From contig CAVZLN010000004.1 in assembly GCA_963776245.1 (NCBI GenBank), positions 1 through 64,000 of the forward strand: a stretch of DNA of 64,000 nucleotides, given 5' to 3'. Both the position numbers and the translations under genes were made by a program. Each line of letters opens with the position of its first letter. Position 1 is the first letter of the stretch. This DNA comes from Candidatus Eiseniibacteriota bacterium (GTDB lineage Bacteria > Eisenbacteria > RBG-16-71-46). The notes below the pieces were generated by a model, which had not been told where the DNA came from, made no database searches, and saw nothing but the letters and a program-made list of their open reading frames with translations. Positions 54,700-64,000 of the stretch are shown here, one piece after another.

Positions 54700-55755
54700 A
54701 TGCTCTTCGGGAAGAAACAGTCCCTCGTGGGGCTGGACATCGGAAGCCACACCGTCAAGGCGGTGGAGCTCGAGCTCCTGGCGAACAAGTCCTATCGCCT
54801 GACGAACTGGGGCATCTCCGCCCCGCTCGCCGAGGCGATCGTGGACGGCGAGATCATGGACCGTCAGCTGGTGACGGACGCGATCTCGAACCTGTTCGAG
54901 TCCCGGGGGATCAAGTCCAAGAGCGTGGTGGCGGCGGTGAGCGGCCGCGCGGTCATCGTCAAGAAGATCACGATGAACCGGCTGTCGGCCGAGGACGCCC
55001 AGCAGGCGGTCTACTGGGAGGCCGAGCAGCACGTCCCGTACGACATCAACGACGTGTCGCTCGACTTCGAGATCCTCGGACCCGCGCCCAGCGACCCGAA
55101 GCAGATGCAGGTGCTGCTGGTCGCCGCCAAGAAGGACATGGTCATCTCCTTCAGCGACCTCATCCGCGAGGCCGGGCTGTCGCCGCTGATCGTCGATGTC
55201 GATTCGTTCGCGGCGCAGAACGCGCTGGAGGCGAACTACGACTTCGCCCCGGAAGAGGTGATCGCGATCCTGAACATCGGTTCCGAGATCACCAACATCA
55301 ACATCACCCAGGCCGGCGTGCCCTACTTCACCAAGGACCTGCAGGTCGGCGGTGACGTGTTCATCGAGAGCGCCATGCGCAAGTTCAACCTGAGCCAGGC
55401 GGAGGCCGCCGCCGCCGTTCGCGGCGAGTCCGGCGCGGGGCTCGAGATCGCGCCGGTCATCGAGCAGGCCTGCGAGGGCCTGGCGACCGCGCTCGAGCGC
55501 GCGCAGGCCTACCTGCGCACCGCCGGCGAGGCCGGTCCGATCACGCGCGTGATGCTGTGCGGCGGCAGCGCGATGACGCCCGGGGTGTCGGAGTTCCTCA
55601 ACCGGCGGTTCAGTGTCCCCGCCGAGATCGCGAATCCCCTGGCCCGCGTCGGCTATGACCCGGCGCTGTTCGCGGGACAGGACGTCATGAAGGTGGCGCC
55701 GCTGCTGACGGTGGGGATCGGGCTCGCCCTGCGCCGTCTGGGAGACAAGAAATGA
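54700..55755 (+). CDS. pilM: Type IV pilus assembly protein PilM
   Basis: VGLDIGSHTVKAVEL, EAEQHVPY, VLLVAAKK, LCGGSA, IGLALR. Confidence 0.95.
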   Translation: MLFGKKQSLVGLDIGSHTVKAVELELLANKSYRLTNWGISAPLAEAIVDGEIMDRQLVTDAISNLFESRGIKSKSVVAAVSGRAVIVKKITMNRLSAEDAQQAVYWEAEQHVPYDINDVSLDFEILGPAPSDPKQMQVLLVAAKKDMVISFSDLIREAGLSPLIVDVDSFAAQNALEANYDFAPEEVIAILNIGSEITNINITQAGVPYFTKDLQVGGDVFIESAMRKFNLSQAEAAAAVRGESGAGLEIAPVIEQACEGLATALERAQAYLRTAGEAGPITRVMLCGGSAMTPGVSEFLNRRFSVPAEIANPLARVGYDPALFAGQDVMKVAPLLTVGIGLALRRLGDKK

Positions 55756-56321
55756 TCCGCATGAATCTGCTTCCGCGGGAGGGCAAGCCCCAGCGGAAGT
55801 CGGCGATGACCTTCAAGGTCGGCGACCTCGTGATCCCGGTCATGATGCTCGCGGCGGCGGGGCTGGTGATCGCCGGCACCGCGGTCTCGCAGCGGGTGCG
55901 GATCAGCGCGCTCGACAAGTCGATCGCCGACGTCGAGGCCCAGTCCCGCGCCCTGGCGCCCCAGATCGAACGGGTCCAGCGCCTCGCGCAGGAGCGCGCG
56001 GAGCTCGACCTCCGGCTCGGCATCATCACGCGGCTGGAACACGGCCGCACGCAGAGCGTCCGGTTCATGGATGAGCTGGCGCGCTGCATCCCCGACCATC
56101 TCTGGCTGACCGGCGCCTCGCAGGACGCGGGGAACACGCTCCGGCTGGAGGGGGTCACGTATTCGAACCTCGTGGTCTCGGATCTCATGTCGCGACTCGA
56201 GCGCTCGCCGATGTTCGCCGGCGTGGAGCTCGAGGTCGCGGAGCGGGGCGCCATCGGCGACCGCGACGTCGTGCGCTTCCGCGCCACCTGTCAGGTGACG
56301 CCGGACGAGCCGGCGAACTAA
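55752..56321 (+). CDS. pilN: PilN
   Basis: MIRMNLLP motif, TM, coiled coil, IPDHLWLT, LERSPMF. Confidence 0.92.
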   Translation: MIRMNLLPREGKPQRKSAMTFKVGDLVIPVMMLAAAGLVIAGTAVSQRVRISALDKSIADVEAQSRALAPQIERVQRLAQERAELDLRLGIITRLEHGRTQSVRFMDELARCIPDHLWLTGASQDAGNTLRLEGVTYSNLVVSDLMSRLERSPMFAGVELEVAERGAIGDRDVVRFRATCQVTPDEPAN

Positions 56322-56330
56322 GGGGGCGCC

Positions 56331-56966
56331 ATGGCCAGCTTCGACCTCAAGAGTCCCGCCGTACAGAAGGTGATCCTCAGCATCCTGCTCTCGGGCGGCG
56401 TGCTCGCGGTGTTCTTCTTCACCCACTTCCTGCCCTTCAGCTACCCGAACCAGAACGAGAAGCTGGACGTGCTGAAGTCGGACTACGAGAAGAAGTCCAC
56501 GGAGCTGGCGCGCGCGCGCGCCACGGTGGCCGACCTCCCGCGCTTCGAGGCCGAGTACGACATGCTGCACGAGCGCTGGGCGCTGGCGGCCGAGCTGCTG
56601 CCGGCCGACAAGCAGCTGCCGGTGCTGCTGCGCAAGATCACGCTCGCGGCACAGCAGACGGGGGTGGAGTTCGTGTCCTTCCGCCCGGCCGGCGTGAAGG
56701 CGGAGCAGTACTTCAACGAACTGCCGCTCCAGCTCTCGGTCTACGGGGGCTATCACCAGGTCGGCTCGTTCCTCGCGGAGCTCGCCAACCTGCGCCGGAT
56801 CATCACGGTCTCCGATGTCCGCATGAAGTCGAACGCCAAGGGCGAGGCCTCGGCGACGACCGCCGTGGAGTTCACGGCGTCGGCGTACAGCCTGAACACC
56901 ACGCCGGTGGCGCCGCCGGCCGCGAAGGTCAACGGCAAGGGAGGGGCCAATGGTCGCAAGTCGTAG
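56331..56966 (+). CDS. pilO: PilO
   Basis: TM, LLPADKQLPVLL, ELPLQLSVYGGYHQVGSFL..LANLRRII. Confidence 0.93.
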   Translation: MASFDLKSPAVQKVILSILLSGGVLAVFFFTHFLPFSYPNQNEKLDVLKSDYEKKSTELARARATVADLPRFEAEYDMLHERWALAAELLPADKQLPVLLRKITLAAQQTGVEFVSFRPAGVKAEQYFNELPLQLSVYGGYHQVGSFLAELANLRRIITVSDVRMKSNAKGEASATTAVEFTASAYSLNTTPVAPPAAKVNGKGGANGRKS

Positions 56967-57600
56967 TGGGATCGTGGGCCGGGAAAACGTCCGCATCCTC
57001 GCCGGGCTGATCGTGGCCAGCGCTGTGATGGGAGCCGCGGTGTCGGTGGCGCTGCGCACCGCGGGCGAGTGGGTGGAGCCCGGCGACGCCTCGGCGGCGG
57101 CGACCGCGACCGCCAGGGCCGTTCCGGCGAAGGCCGTGCCGGCGAAGGCCGTCCGTCCGGCCCCGGCAGCCCCGGGCGTCCACGCGCAGGCCGCGGCGGC
57201 GATGTCGCCGTTGCGCCCGGTGCCCCGGCAGGGCGTGCAGCCGCTGGCGCACCTCGACGAACGTCTGACCTACCAGTACAACGCCCTCGGGCGCCGCGAC
57301 CCGTTCCAGCCGCTGATGGGCGGCTCGTTCGTGGGCGACGACGTGGGCGGAGACGCGCCGGCCGACATCGGCGGGATCAAGGTGGTGGGCATCGTGTGGG
57401 GGTCGGAAGACCGCTTTGCCCTGTGCGAAGACGCCCGTGGCAACAGCCTGGTCCTCCGTCAGGGTGACAAGGTGATGAACGGGTTCGTCGAGAGTCTGAA
57501 GCGCGACAAGATGATCGTGAACCTCAGTGTGGATGATCAGTCTCAGTCGGTGGCGATCCCGCTGACTCGGAAGGGAGAGAATTCGAATGCGAACCGGTAA
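56950..57600 (+). CDS. PilP-like protein (TM-anchored, no lipobox)
   Basis: YNALGRRDPFQPL and IKVVGIVW...ALCEDARG..LRQGD match the PilP/GspC HR domain. Located between pilO and pilQ. Confidence 0.75.
   Translation: MVASRSGIVGRENVRILAGLIVASAVMGAAVSVALRTAGEWVEPGDASAAATATARAVPAKAVPAKAVRPAPAAPGVHAQAAAAMSPLRPVPRQGVQPLAHLDERLTYQYNALGRRDPFQPLMGGSFVGDDVGGDAPADIGGIKVVGIVWGSEDRFALCEDARGNSLVLRQGDKVMNGFVESLKRDKMIVNLSVDDQSQSVAIPLTRKGENSNANR
57118..57153 (+). repeat. Short 15-bp coding tandem repeat (AVPAK x2.4)
   Basis: GCCGTTCCGGCGAAG GCCGTGCCGGCGAAG GCCGTC. Confidence 0.7.
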
Positions 57601-58947
57601 GGTCCTGGCGGGCCTGCTCCTCGTCGCCGTCGCCGTCGGTGCGACGTTCGTGGTTGCGCCGGCAGGGGCGCAGCAGTCCTCGGCCATGCAGCAGGTGGGC
57701 ATGGTCCGCACCGGGTCCGGCACCTTCAGCATCGACGTCGAGGGCGCCGACATCCGCACCGTCGTCAAGGCCGTGGCCGAGTTCAGCGGGCGCAACATCG
57801 TGGTCGCCAACGGCGTCAAGGGCACGGTCAAGGTGGCGCTGCGCAACGTGTCCTGGCAGGAAGCGCTGCGCACCATCCTGCGCAGCAACAGCCTCGACTA
57901 CACGGACGAGGGCGGCATCCTGCGCGTGGACGACATGCAGAAGCTCCAGACCGAGGCGCTCGAACGCGAATCGTCGCGCGCGAAGCAGATGGAGGTCGCG
58001 CCGCTCGAGACGCGCATCGTGAAGCTCAATTACGCGAATGCCGGGGAACTCGCGACGTCGTTGCAGTCGTCGCTGACGCGCCGCGGTCTCATCCAGACGG
58101 AGAAGCGCACGAATTCGCTCATCGTCACCGATCTGGTCGGCAACGTGGACCGGCTCGAGAAGATGGCGACGGACCTGGACACCGAGACCCCGCAGATCGA
58201 GATCACGGCCAAGCTGGTGGACGTCGACGCCGAGGCGCTGCGCGGCATCGGCATCGAATGGAACCTCGGGCCCTCGCAGGGCGACGCCGCCCAGTTCTTC
58301 AGCTCCACGCCGCGCCCGCCGTCTTTGCCTCGCCGAACAACGACCCCGAGCAGGCGCTGGGGATGAACCACAGCAGCCCGATCACCAAGCCGGCGACGAA
58401 GGTCACCTACGGCATCGCCAAGTCGTGGGGCTTCATCGAGGCCCAGCTGTCGATGCTCGAGTCGAACCGCAAGGCGAACATCATCTCGAACCCGCGCATC
58501 ACGACGGTGGACAACCGCGAGGCCCGGATCCTCGTCGGCCAGAAGATCCCGCTCATCGTGCAGGACGTGGCGGGCAATCCGGTGTCGCAGCTGCAGACCA
58601 TCGGCATCCAGCTGCGGGTCACCCCGCACCTGACCTCGGACAAGAAGATCATCATGGACCTGCATCCGGAGGTCAGCGATCTCTCGACCGGCAGCACGGT
58701 GCAGGGCGGCGTGATCATCAACACCAGCGAGGCCGACACGCGCGTGATGGTGGACGACGGCCAGACCGCGGTCATCGGCGGCCTGATCCGCACCAACGAC
58801 ACCCACGAGCGCCGGGGCGTGCCGCTGCTGAAGGACGTGCCGCTGCTCGGCATGCTGTTCCGGTCCGACAACGTCACGCGTCAGAACCGCGAGCTCATCA
58901 TCTTCGTGACGCCGCGGATCGTCACCAGCCTGGCGTCGGGCAACTAG
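57587..58947 (+). CDS. pilQ: Secretin PilQ (short, no AMIN domains), frameshift near 58310-58330
   Basis: FSIDVEGADIRTV (N0), KLNYANA...RTNSLIV (N3); second frame NPRITTVDN...GVPLLKDVPLLGMLF...ELIIFVTPRI. Confidence 0.93.
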
Positions 58948-58966
58948 TCTCCGACGTCGCGATCGA

Positions 58967-59000
58967 GACGGCCGCCGGTCCTCGCGGACCGGCGGCCGTC
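58967..59000 (+). terminator. Hairpin after pilQ
   Basis: GACGGCCGCCGGTCC-TCGC-GGACCGGCGGCCGTC, a perfect 15-bp stem. Confidence 0.65.
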
Positions 59001-59038
59001 GCATTGCCGCCCCGCGGGCGCTGTGCTAGGCTGCGCGG

Positions 59039-59568
59039 GTGCGTCCCGACACCCGTCCCATCGCGCTGATCGGCCTCAGCGGCGCCGGCAAGAGCGCCGT
59101 CGCGCGCGCGCTCGGCGCGCGCCTCGGGTGCGAGGTGGCCGATCTCGACGCGGACCTCGAGTCGGGCTCGAGCGATGACGGTGACCGAGTTGTTCGCGCA
59201 CGAGGGCGAGGCGGGGTTCCGCGCCCGCGAGCGCGCGGCGCTCGCCGCGGCGCTCGGGCGCGCGCGCGTGATCGCGTGCGGGGGCGGCATCGTGGTGACC
59301 GCGGAGGCCCGCGCCCTGCTCCAGCGAGCGCTGCCGGGTGGTGTGGCTCGAGGTGTCGCCCGACGAGGCCCTGCGCCGGCTCGGGCCCGGGCTCGCGGCC
59401 CGCCCGCTGCTCGCGGGGGCCGACGCCGCGGCGCGGCTGGCGAGCCTGCTGGCGGAGCGCCGCGGCTACTACGAGTCGCTGGCGCGGGTCCGCGTCGACA
59501 CCTCCGGCCGCACCCCCGAGGCAGGTCGCCGGAGCGGTGCTGGCCGCGCTCGACGTTCCGACGCATGA
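59039..59568 (+). CDS. aroK: Shikimate kinase, multiple frameshifts
   Basis: LIGLSGAGKS...DLD / GEAGFRARE...ACGGG / VWLEVS...RPLL...ERRGYY spread over three frames. Canonical pilQ-aroK synteny. Confidence 0.85.
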
Positions 59569-60379
59569 GGCGTCGCCGGGCATGCGCTGCGGCGCCCGGA
59601 CTGGCGGCGCTGGCGGTCCTTGCCGGGTGCGCGCCGCATCTCGGTCCCACTCCCGAACTGCCGATGCGCGACGCTGCGGGCGCGATTCGAATCGGGCGTC
59701 GCGGCGCGGCGCGCCGGCGTGGCGGGGGTCGAGGCCGAGGTGGCGCTGTGGCTCGAGACCGAGGCGGGTGGGCGCCTGCCGGGAGTCGAGGGACGACTCG
59801 ACGCTCGCGGCGCCCGATGCGGCACGCCTGCGCGTCTCGTCGTTGTTCGGGATGGCGCTCGACATCGGCGCGCGCGGCGACACGCTCGCGGCCTACGTGC
59901 CCCCGCGACGGATCGGGATGGAGCTCGATGCGGTCGCGGATTCGCTCGGACTCGCGGGTCCGGGCGCGCTGGCCTACCGCGGCTGGAGCGCTCGTGGTAG
60001 CCGCCCGGCGCGGCGTGGGAGAGCGCGGTGCGCGAGGACTCGGTGCGCGTGGTGCGCTGGCGCGAGGGCACCGACAGTCTCGCGCTCGGCGGTCGGCGAC
60101 GATGGCGCGCCGGCGTGGGTCGAGGCTGTGCGCGGGGCACCCGGCGCCCTGCGCGCGCGCTATCCGGCGTGGACCTCGGTGGAGGGCGCGGCGTGGCCCG
60201 CCCGCATCGAGTTCGCCGGCCGGGAGGGGCGCGTCCGCCTCACCTGCCGGCTCGACCGCGTCCGCCTGATCGCGCGCCGACGACCGCGCGCGCGCGACGG
60301 TCGTCGATCCCGGGAGACGCGCGAGCGCTGGACGCTGGCGGATCTGCGGCGGGCGCTCGAGCGGCTGGGGTCGCTGTGA
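59565..60379 (+). CDS. Putative lipoprotein (DUF4292/LolB-like fold possible), frameshifted
   Basis: MRRRR...LAVLAGC lipobox; later frames give LAAPDAARLRVSSLFGMALD and WPARIEF. Confidence 0.5.
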
Positions 60380-61015
60380 CGGATCCCGCGGCTCGTGGCG
60401 CGTGCTCGGCGCTCGCGCTCGCGCTCGCGCTGCCGGCGCCGGCGCCCCGGCGCGCGCGGCGACCGCGCCGCCGCGCGCCGCCGCCGGACTGCTCGCGCGG
60501 CTGGGTGGCCACGGGCGGGTCGAGGTGCGGATCGAGGGGCGCGCAGTCGGCCGGCGCCGCGGCGCGCGGCTCCGGCGGGCCGGACGCCTCGCGCTCGAGC
60601 CGCCCGACCGCGCGCGGCTCGATCTCGACGGGCAGCGGGGAGCGCATGACCTGCCGGAGCGACGGCAGGCGAATGGCTGCAGCCGGCGCTCGGCCAGATG
60701 CTGCGCCTCGGGCCGCGGGCGCGTCGCGCCGATGCTCGACATCTGGGACCCTGCTGCTCGGCGGCGGTCGCGCGCGCCTGCGAGGAGCGCGCACTCGGCG
60801 TCGGGTCGCTACCTGCTGGTGCCGAGCCGGCGCCAGCGGTGGACAGCGCGTGGGTGACGCTGGGTGCCGACGGACTGCCGTCGCGCCTCGAGACGCGGAC
60901 CGGGGACGCACGCACCTCCTGGCGGCTCAGCGGCTGGCGGTTCAAGCCGCCGCTCGGGCGCGCCGCGTTCGTGCTGACGGCTCCGCCCGGCGTCGCGGTG
61001 GTGCCGCTCGATTGA
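60376..61015 (+). CDS. LolA-like exported protein, frameshifted
   Basis: Fragments GRLALEPPDRARLD and AWVTLGADGLPSRLE...FVLTAPPGVAVV resemble the LolA layout. Confidence 0.5.
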
Positions 61016-61089
61016 GGCGGGAGACCGTGGCGCGGCCGTGCGCGCGTGGCGCTTGACGCGCCCCGCACCTCCCGTGAGAAGGTGCACGC

Positions 61090-61677
61090 GTGCGCGTGAT
61101 CGCGGGTGTGCTCGGTGGCCGGCGCCTCACGGCGCCGCGCGGGGCGGGGACGCGACCGACCTCGGACCGCGTGCGCGAGGCTCTCTTCATGATGCTCGAG
61201 CCGCTCGGCGGCCTGCGGGTCGTGGACCTGTACGCGGGCTCCGGCGCGCTCGGCATCGAGGCGCTGTCGCGCGGCGCGATCCACGTGGACTTCGTGGAGT
61301 CCGCCCGTCAGGCGCTGGCGGCGCTGGCGGGGAACCTCGAAGCGCTCGGCCTCGGCGCGAGCGCGACGGTGTGGCCGCTGGTGCTGCCCGCGGGCGTTGC
61401 ACCGCATGCAGCAGGCGATCGGCTGCCGCCGACCTGGTGCTGGCGGACCCGCCGTACGGCGGCGAAGCGGCGCGCGCGATGCTCGCGGCGCTCGGCCAGG
61501 CCGGGGTGCTGGCAGTGGCGGCGCGGGTGGTGGTGGAGCATCACGCGAAGGATGAGCTGCCGGAGCGGGCGGGCGTGCTCGGTCGCGAGCGCGAGCGGCG
61601 CTACGGTGAGACCCAGGTGAACGTGTACCGGGTGGGCGGCGCAGGCGCGCCCGGGCGCGGAGGAGACCGACGCATGA
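61090..61677 (+). CDS. rsmD: 16S rRNA m2G966 methyltransferase, frameshifted
   Basis: [41 protein letters not shown] and RRYGET in another frame. Confidence 0.9.
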
Positions 61678-62215
61678 AGCCCGTCCGGACCGCGCTGTTC
61701 CCGGGCACGTTCGACCCGTTCACGAACGGCCACCTCGATCTCACCCGGCGTGCCGCGCGCTGTTCGACCGCGTCGTCGTGGCGGTCGCGCCGAGCCCGGC
61801 GAAGGGCACGCTGTTCCCGCTCGAGGAGCGCGTCGAGATGATCCGCTCCTCGGTGCGCCTGATGCGCCGCGTCGAGGTCATCGCCTTCGAGGACCTGCTG
61901 GTGGACTGCGCCCGCCGCGTCGGCGCGAGCGCCATCATCCGCGGCCTGCGCGCGGTGAGCGATTTCGAGTACGAGTTCCAGATGGCGCTGATGAACCGGC
62001 GGCTGGCGCCGTCGGTCGAGATCGTCTTCATGATGCCGAGTCTCCATTACTCGTACCTGAACTCCACGCTGGTGCGGGAGGTGGCGCGTCTCGGCGGCCG
62101 CGTGACGGGGCTGGTGCCGCGCGTGGTGGACGAGCGCCTGCTCGCACGGCTGCGGCCCTCCGCGCGGGGGGCCGGAGCCCGCCCCCGGCGCACCCGGAAG
62201 GGAGGGCGGCCATGA
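61674..62215 (+). CDS. coaD: Phosphopantetheine adenylyltransferase, frameshift near 61758
   Basis: FPGTFDPFTNGHLD; IIRGLRAVSDFEYEFQMALMNR; STLVREVA. Confidence 0.93.
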
Positions 62216-63232
62216 CCGTGCTGATGGAACGGCTCCGCCGGCAGGCCGCGCTCCGGCCGCGCCGGCTGGTGCTCACCGAGGGCGACGACGAACGCGTGGT
62301 GCGCGCCGCCGACCGGCTCGCGCGCGAGCGGCTCGCCGAGGTCGCGCTGATCGGCGTGCCCGACGTCCTCAAGGCCACCGCGCGCCGCGCGGACGTGACG
62401 CTGTCCGGGGTCGCGATCATCGACTCCGCGGCGCCCGACGAGATCGGGCGCGCCGACGCGGCGCTCAAGGCCGCGCGCGGCGATCGCCTGGGCGCCGCCG
62501 ATCGCGAGCGCCAGGCGCGCGATCCGATGTTCCAGGCCGCCACGCGGGTGCGGGACGGACGTGCCGACTGTTTCGTGGGCGGCTCGACCCGCCCCACCTC
62601 CGACGTGCTGCGCCCGGCCATCTGGCTGATCGGGCTCGCCCCGGGCGTGAAGACGGTGTCGTCGTTCTTCCTCATGGTGCTCAAGGGCCCGGGCGGCGCG
62701 ACGGGCGAGCGCGTGCTCATGTTCGCGGACTGCGCGGTGGTGCCGAATCCCGACGCCGGGTCAGCTCGCCGAGATCGGCGTGACCGCGGCCGAGCATTTC
62801 CAGCGCCTCACGGGCGAGGTGCCCCACACCGCTTTCCTCTCGTTCTCGACCCGCGGCAGCGCGCAGCACGCGGACGTGGACAAGGTGCGCGAGGCGGTGC
62901 GGCTGGCGCGCGCGCGCCGGCCCGACCTGCACCTCGACGGCGAGCTCCAGCTGGACGCGGCCATCGTCCCGGACATCGGCCGGCGCAAGGCGCGGGACAG
63001 CACCGTGGCCGGGTCGGCGAACGTCCTGGTGTTCCCCGATCTCGACGCGGGCAACATCGGCTACAAGCTGGTGCAGCGGCTCGCGGGCGCGGAGGCCATC
63101 GGCCCGATCGTCATGGGGCTGGCGCGCCAGGCCAACGACCTGTCGCGCGGCTGCAGCGCGGACGACATCGTCGAGGTCTCGACCATCGCCTGCCTGCTGG
63201 CGCAGGCCCCCGCCACCGTCTCCGGCGCCTGA
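62212..63232 (+). CDS. pta: Phosphate acetyltransferase, frameshift near 62760
   Basis: LTEGDDERV, VSSFFLM, FADCAVVPNP; LSFSTRGS, DGELQLDAA, FPDLDAGNIGYKLVQR, NDLSRGC. Confidence 0.93.
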
Positions 63233-63252
63233 GTCCCGGGAGGACGCGACGC

Positions 63253-63531
63253 ATGCCGACCTACGACTACCGGTGCAAGAAGTGCGGACACCGGTTCGAG
63301 CTCTTCCATGGCATCAAGGACGAGACCGTGCGGCGCTGCCCGAAGTGCAGGGGACGCTCGGAACGCGTGCCGGCGGGAGGCGCGGGGCTGCTGTTCAAGG
63401 GGTCGGGGTTCTACATCACCGACTACCGCAGCAAGGGCTACAAGGAGCAGGCCAAGCAGGAGCGGCCGAAGGAAGAGAAGTCGAAACCGGAGAAGGCGGC
63501 CGGGACTCCCAAGTCCACGCCGAGCGAGTGA
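63253..63531 (+). CDS. FmdB-family zinc-ribbon protein
   Basis: MPTYDYRCKKCGHRFE...CPKC...FKGSGFYITDYR. Confidence 0.93.
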   Translation: MPTYDYRCKKCGHRFELFHGIKDETVRRCPKCRGRSERVPAGGAGLLFKGSGFYITDYRSKGYKEQAKQERPKEEKSKPEKAAGTPKSTPSE

Positions 63532-63544
63532 GGCGGCGCCCGTC

Positions 63545-64000
63545 ATGGCGCGCTCGCTGACCGAGCGGCTGCTCGATGCCCATGCCGCGGTGCCCGCCAC
63601 CGGCGACGGGCTGGCATTGAGACTGGACCACGCGGTGGTGGCGGGAGACGCGGCGCTGCTGGTGCTCGCCGCCTTCGCGTCCACCGGCGCCGGCGTGGCG
63701 CGCGGCCCGGTGGCGGTGGTGTGCGCGGACTCCCGCACCGCCGTGGAGGCGCTGGGCGGCGCGCGCCTGCAGCACGCGGCGGCGCGCGCCGGCGCCCGGT
63801 TCGCCCCGCCGGCGCTGGGGCGCGCCGCGCGCGTGTATCTCGAACGGTTCGCGGCTCCCGGCCGTGTGGCGCTCGGGTGCAGCACCCGGCTCGCCGGGGC
63901 CGGCGGTCTGGGTGCGCTCGCCCTCGACGCGGACGCTCTGGAGCTGGCGGCGGCATGGGCGGGGGCGCCCCACGAACTGGATCGCCCGCGCGTCGTGCGG
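63545..64000 (+). CDS. Aconitase-family homologue with degenerate active-site motifs (partial, runs off the edge)
   Basis: MARSLTERLLDAH...LALRLDH...YLERFAAPGRVALG...GGLGALAL...LDRPRVV is collinear with the aconitase/LeuC N-terminal domain. Confidence 0.7.
   Translation, partial: MARSLTERLLDAHAAVPATGDGLALRLDHAVVAGDAALLVLAAFASTGAGVARGPVAVVCADSRTAVEALGGARLQHAAARAGARFAPPALGRAARVYLERFAAPGRVALGCSTRLAGAGGLGALALDADALELAAAWAGAPHELDRPRVVR

Noticed and set aside
61038..61841. Apparent RsmD C-terminus/CoaD fusion
   Set aside because: An ATGA overlap with an RBS at 61674 and dense local indels indicate two ordinary genes.

Overview
Very GC-rich bacterial chromosomal window. The gene content (PorU/PorV and CTD proteins plus deltaproteobacteria-style pil genes) suggests an FCB-fringe lineage such as Ca. 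Eisenbacteria, but this is inference only. Left to right: degraded membrane-protein ORFs downstream of a tRNA-Glu; an ExeA-SPOR ATPase and pyrE; a candidate sigma54-driven structured non-coding RNA; an M23 peptidase, dnaE and accA; a closely packed, partly translationally coupled T9SS-like envelope cluster (Trm112-like, PorU-like C25 protease, PorV, M6 protease with CTD, two paralogous DUF5683-like proteins, an NHL propeller, a half-size SprA-like barrel, Omp85/TamA-like); DinG; hutH-hutU-hutI-ftcD; TPR, PHP, ECF S-component, an OM barrel and comEA; a type IVa pilus locus (pilBTC-pilSR, three pilins, an ABC/permease/TPR trio, pilMNOPQ; no pilD or minor-pilin cluster seen) with sigma54 promoters and a shared TGC-N5-GCA motif; then aroK, a lipoprotein, a LolA-like gene, rsmD, coaD, pta, FmdB and an aconitase homologue whose catalytic motifs are degenerate. 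Single-base frameshifts cluster at about 0-1.1, 43-46.4 and 58.3-62.8 kb and look like long-read assembly errors. No CRISPR array, rRNA or transposase was seen.
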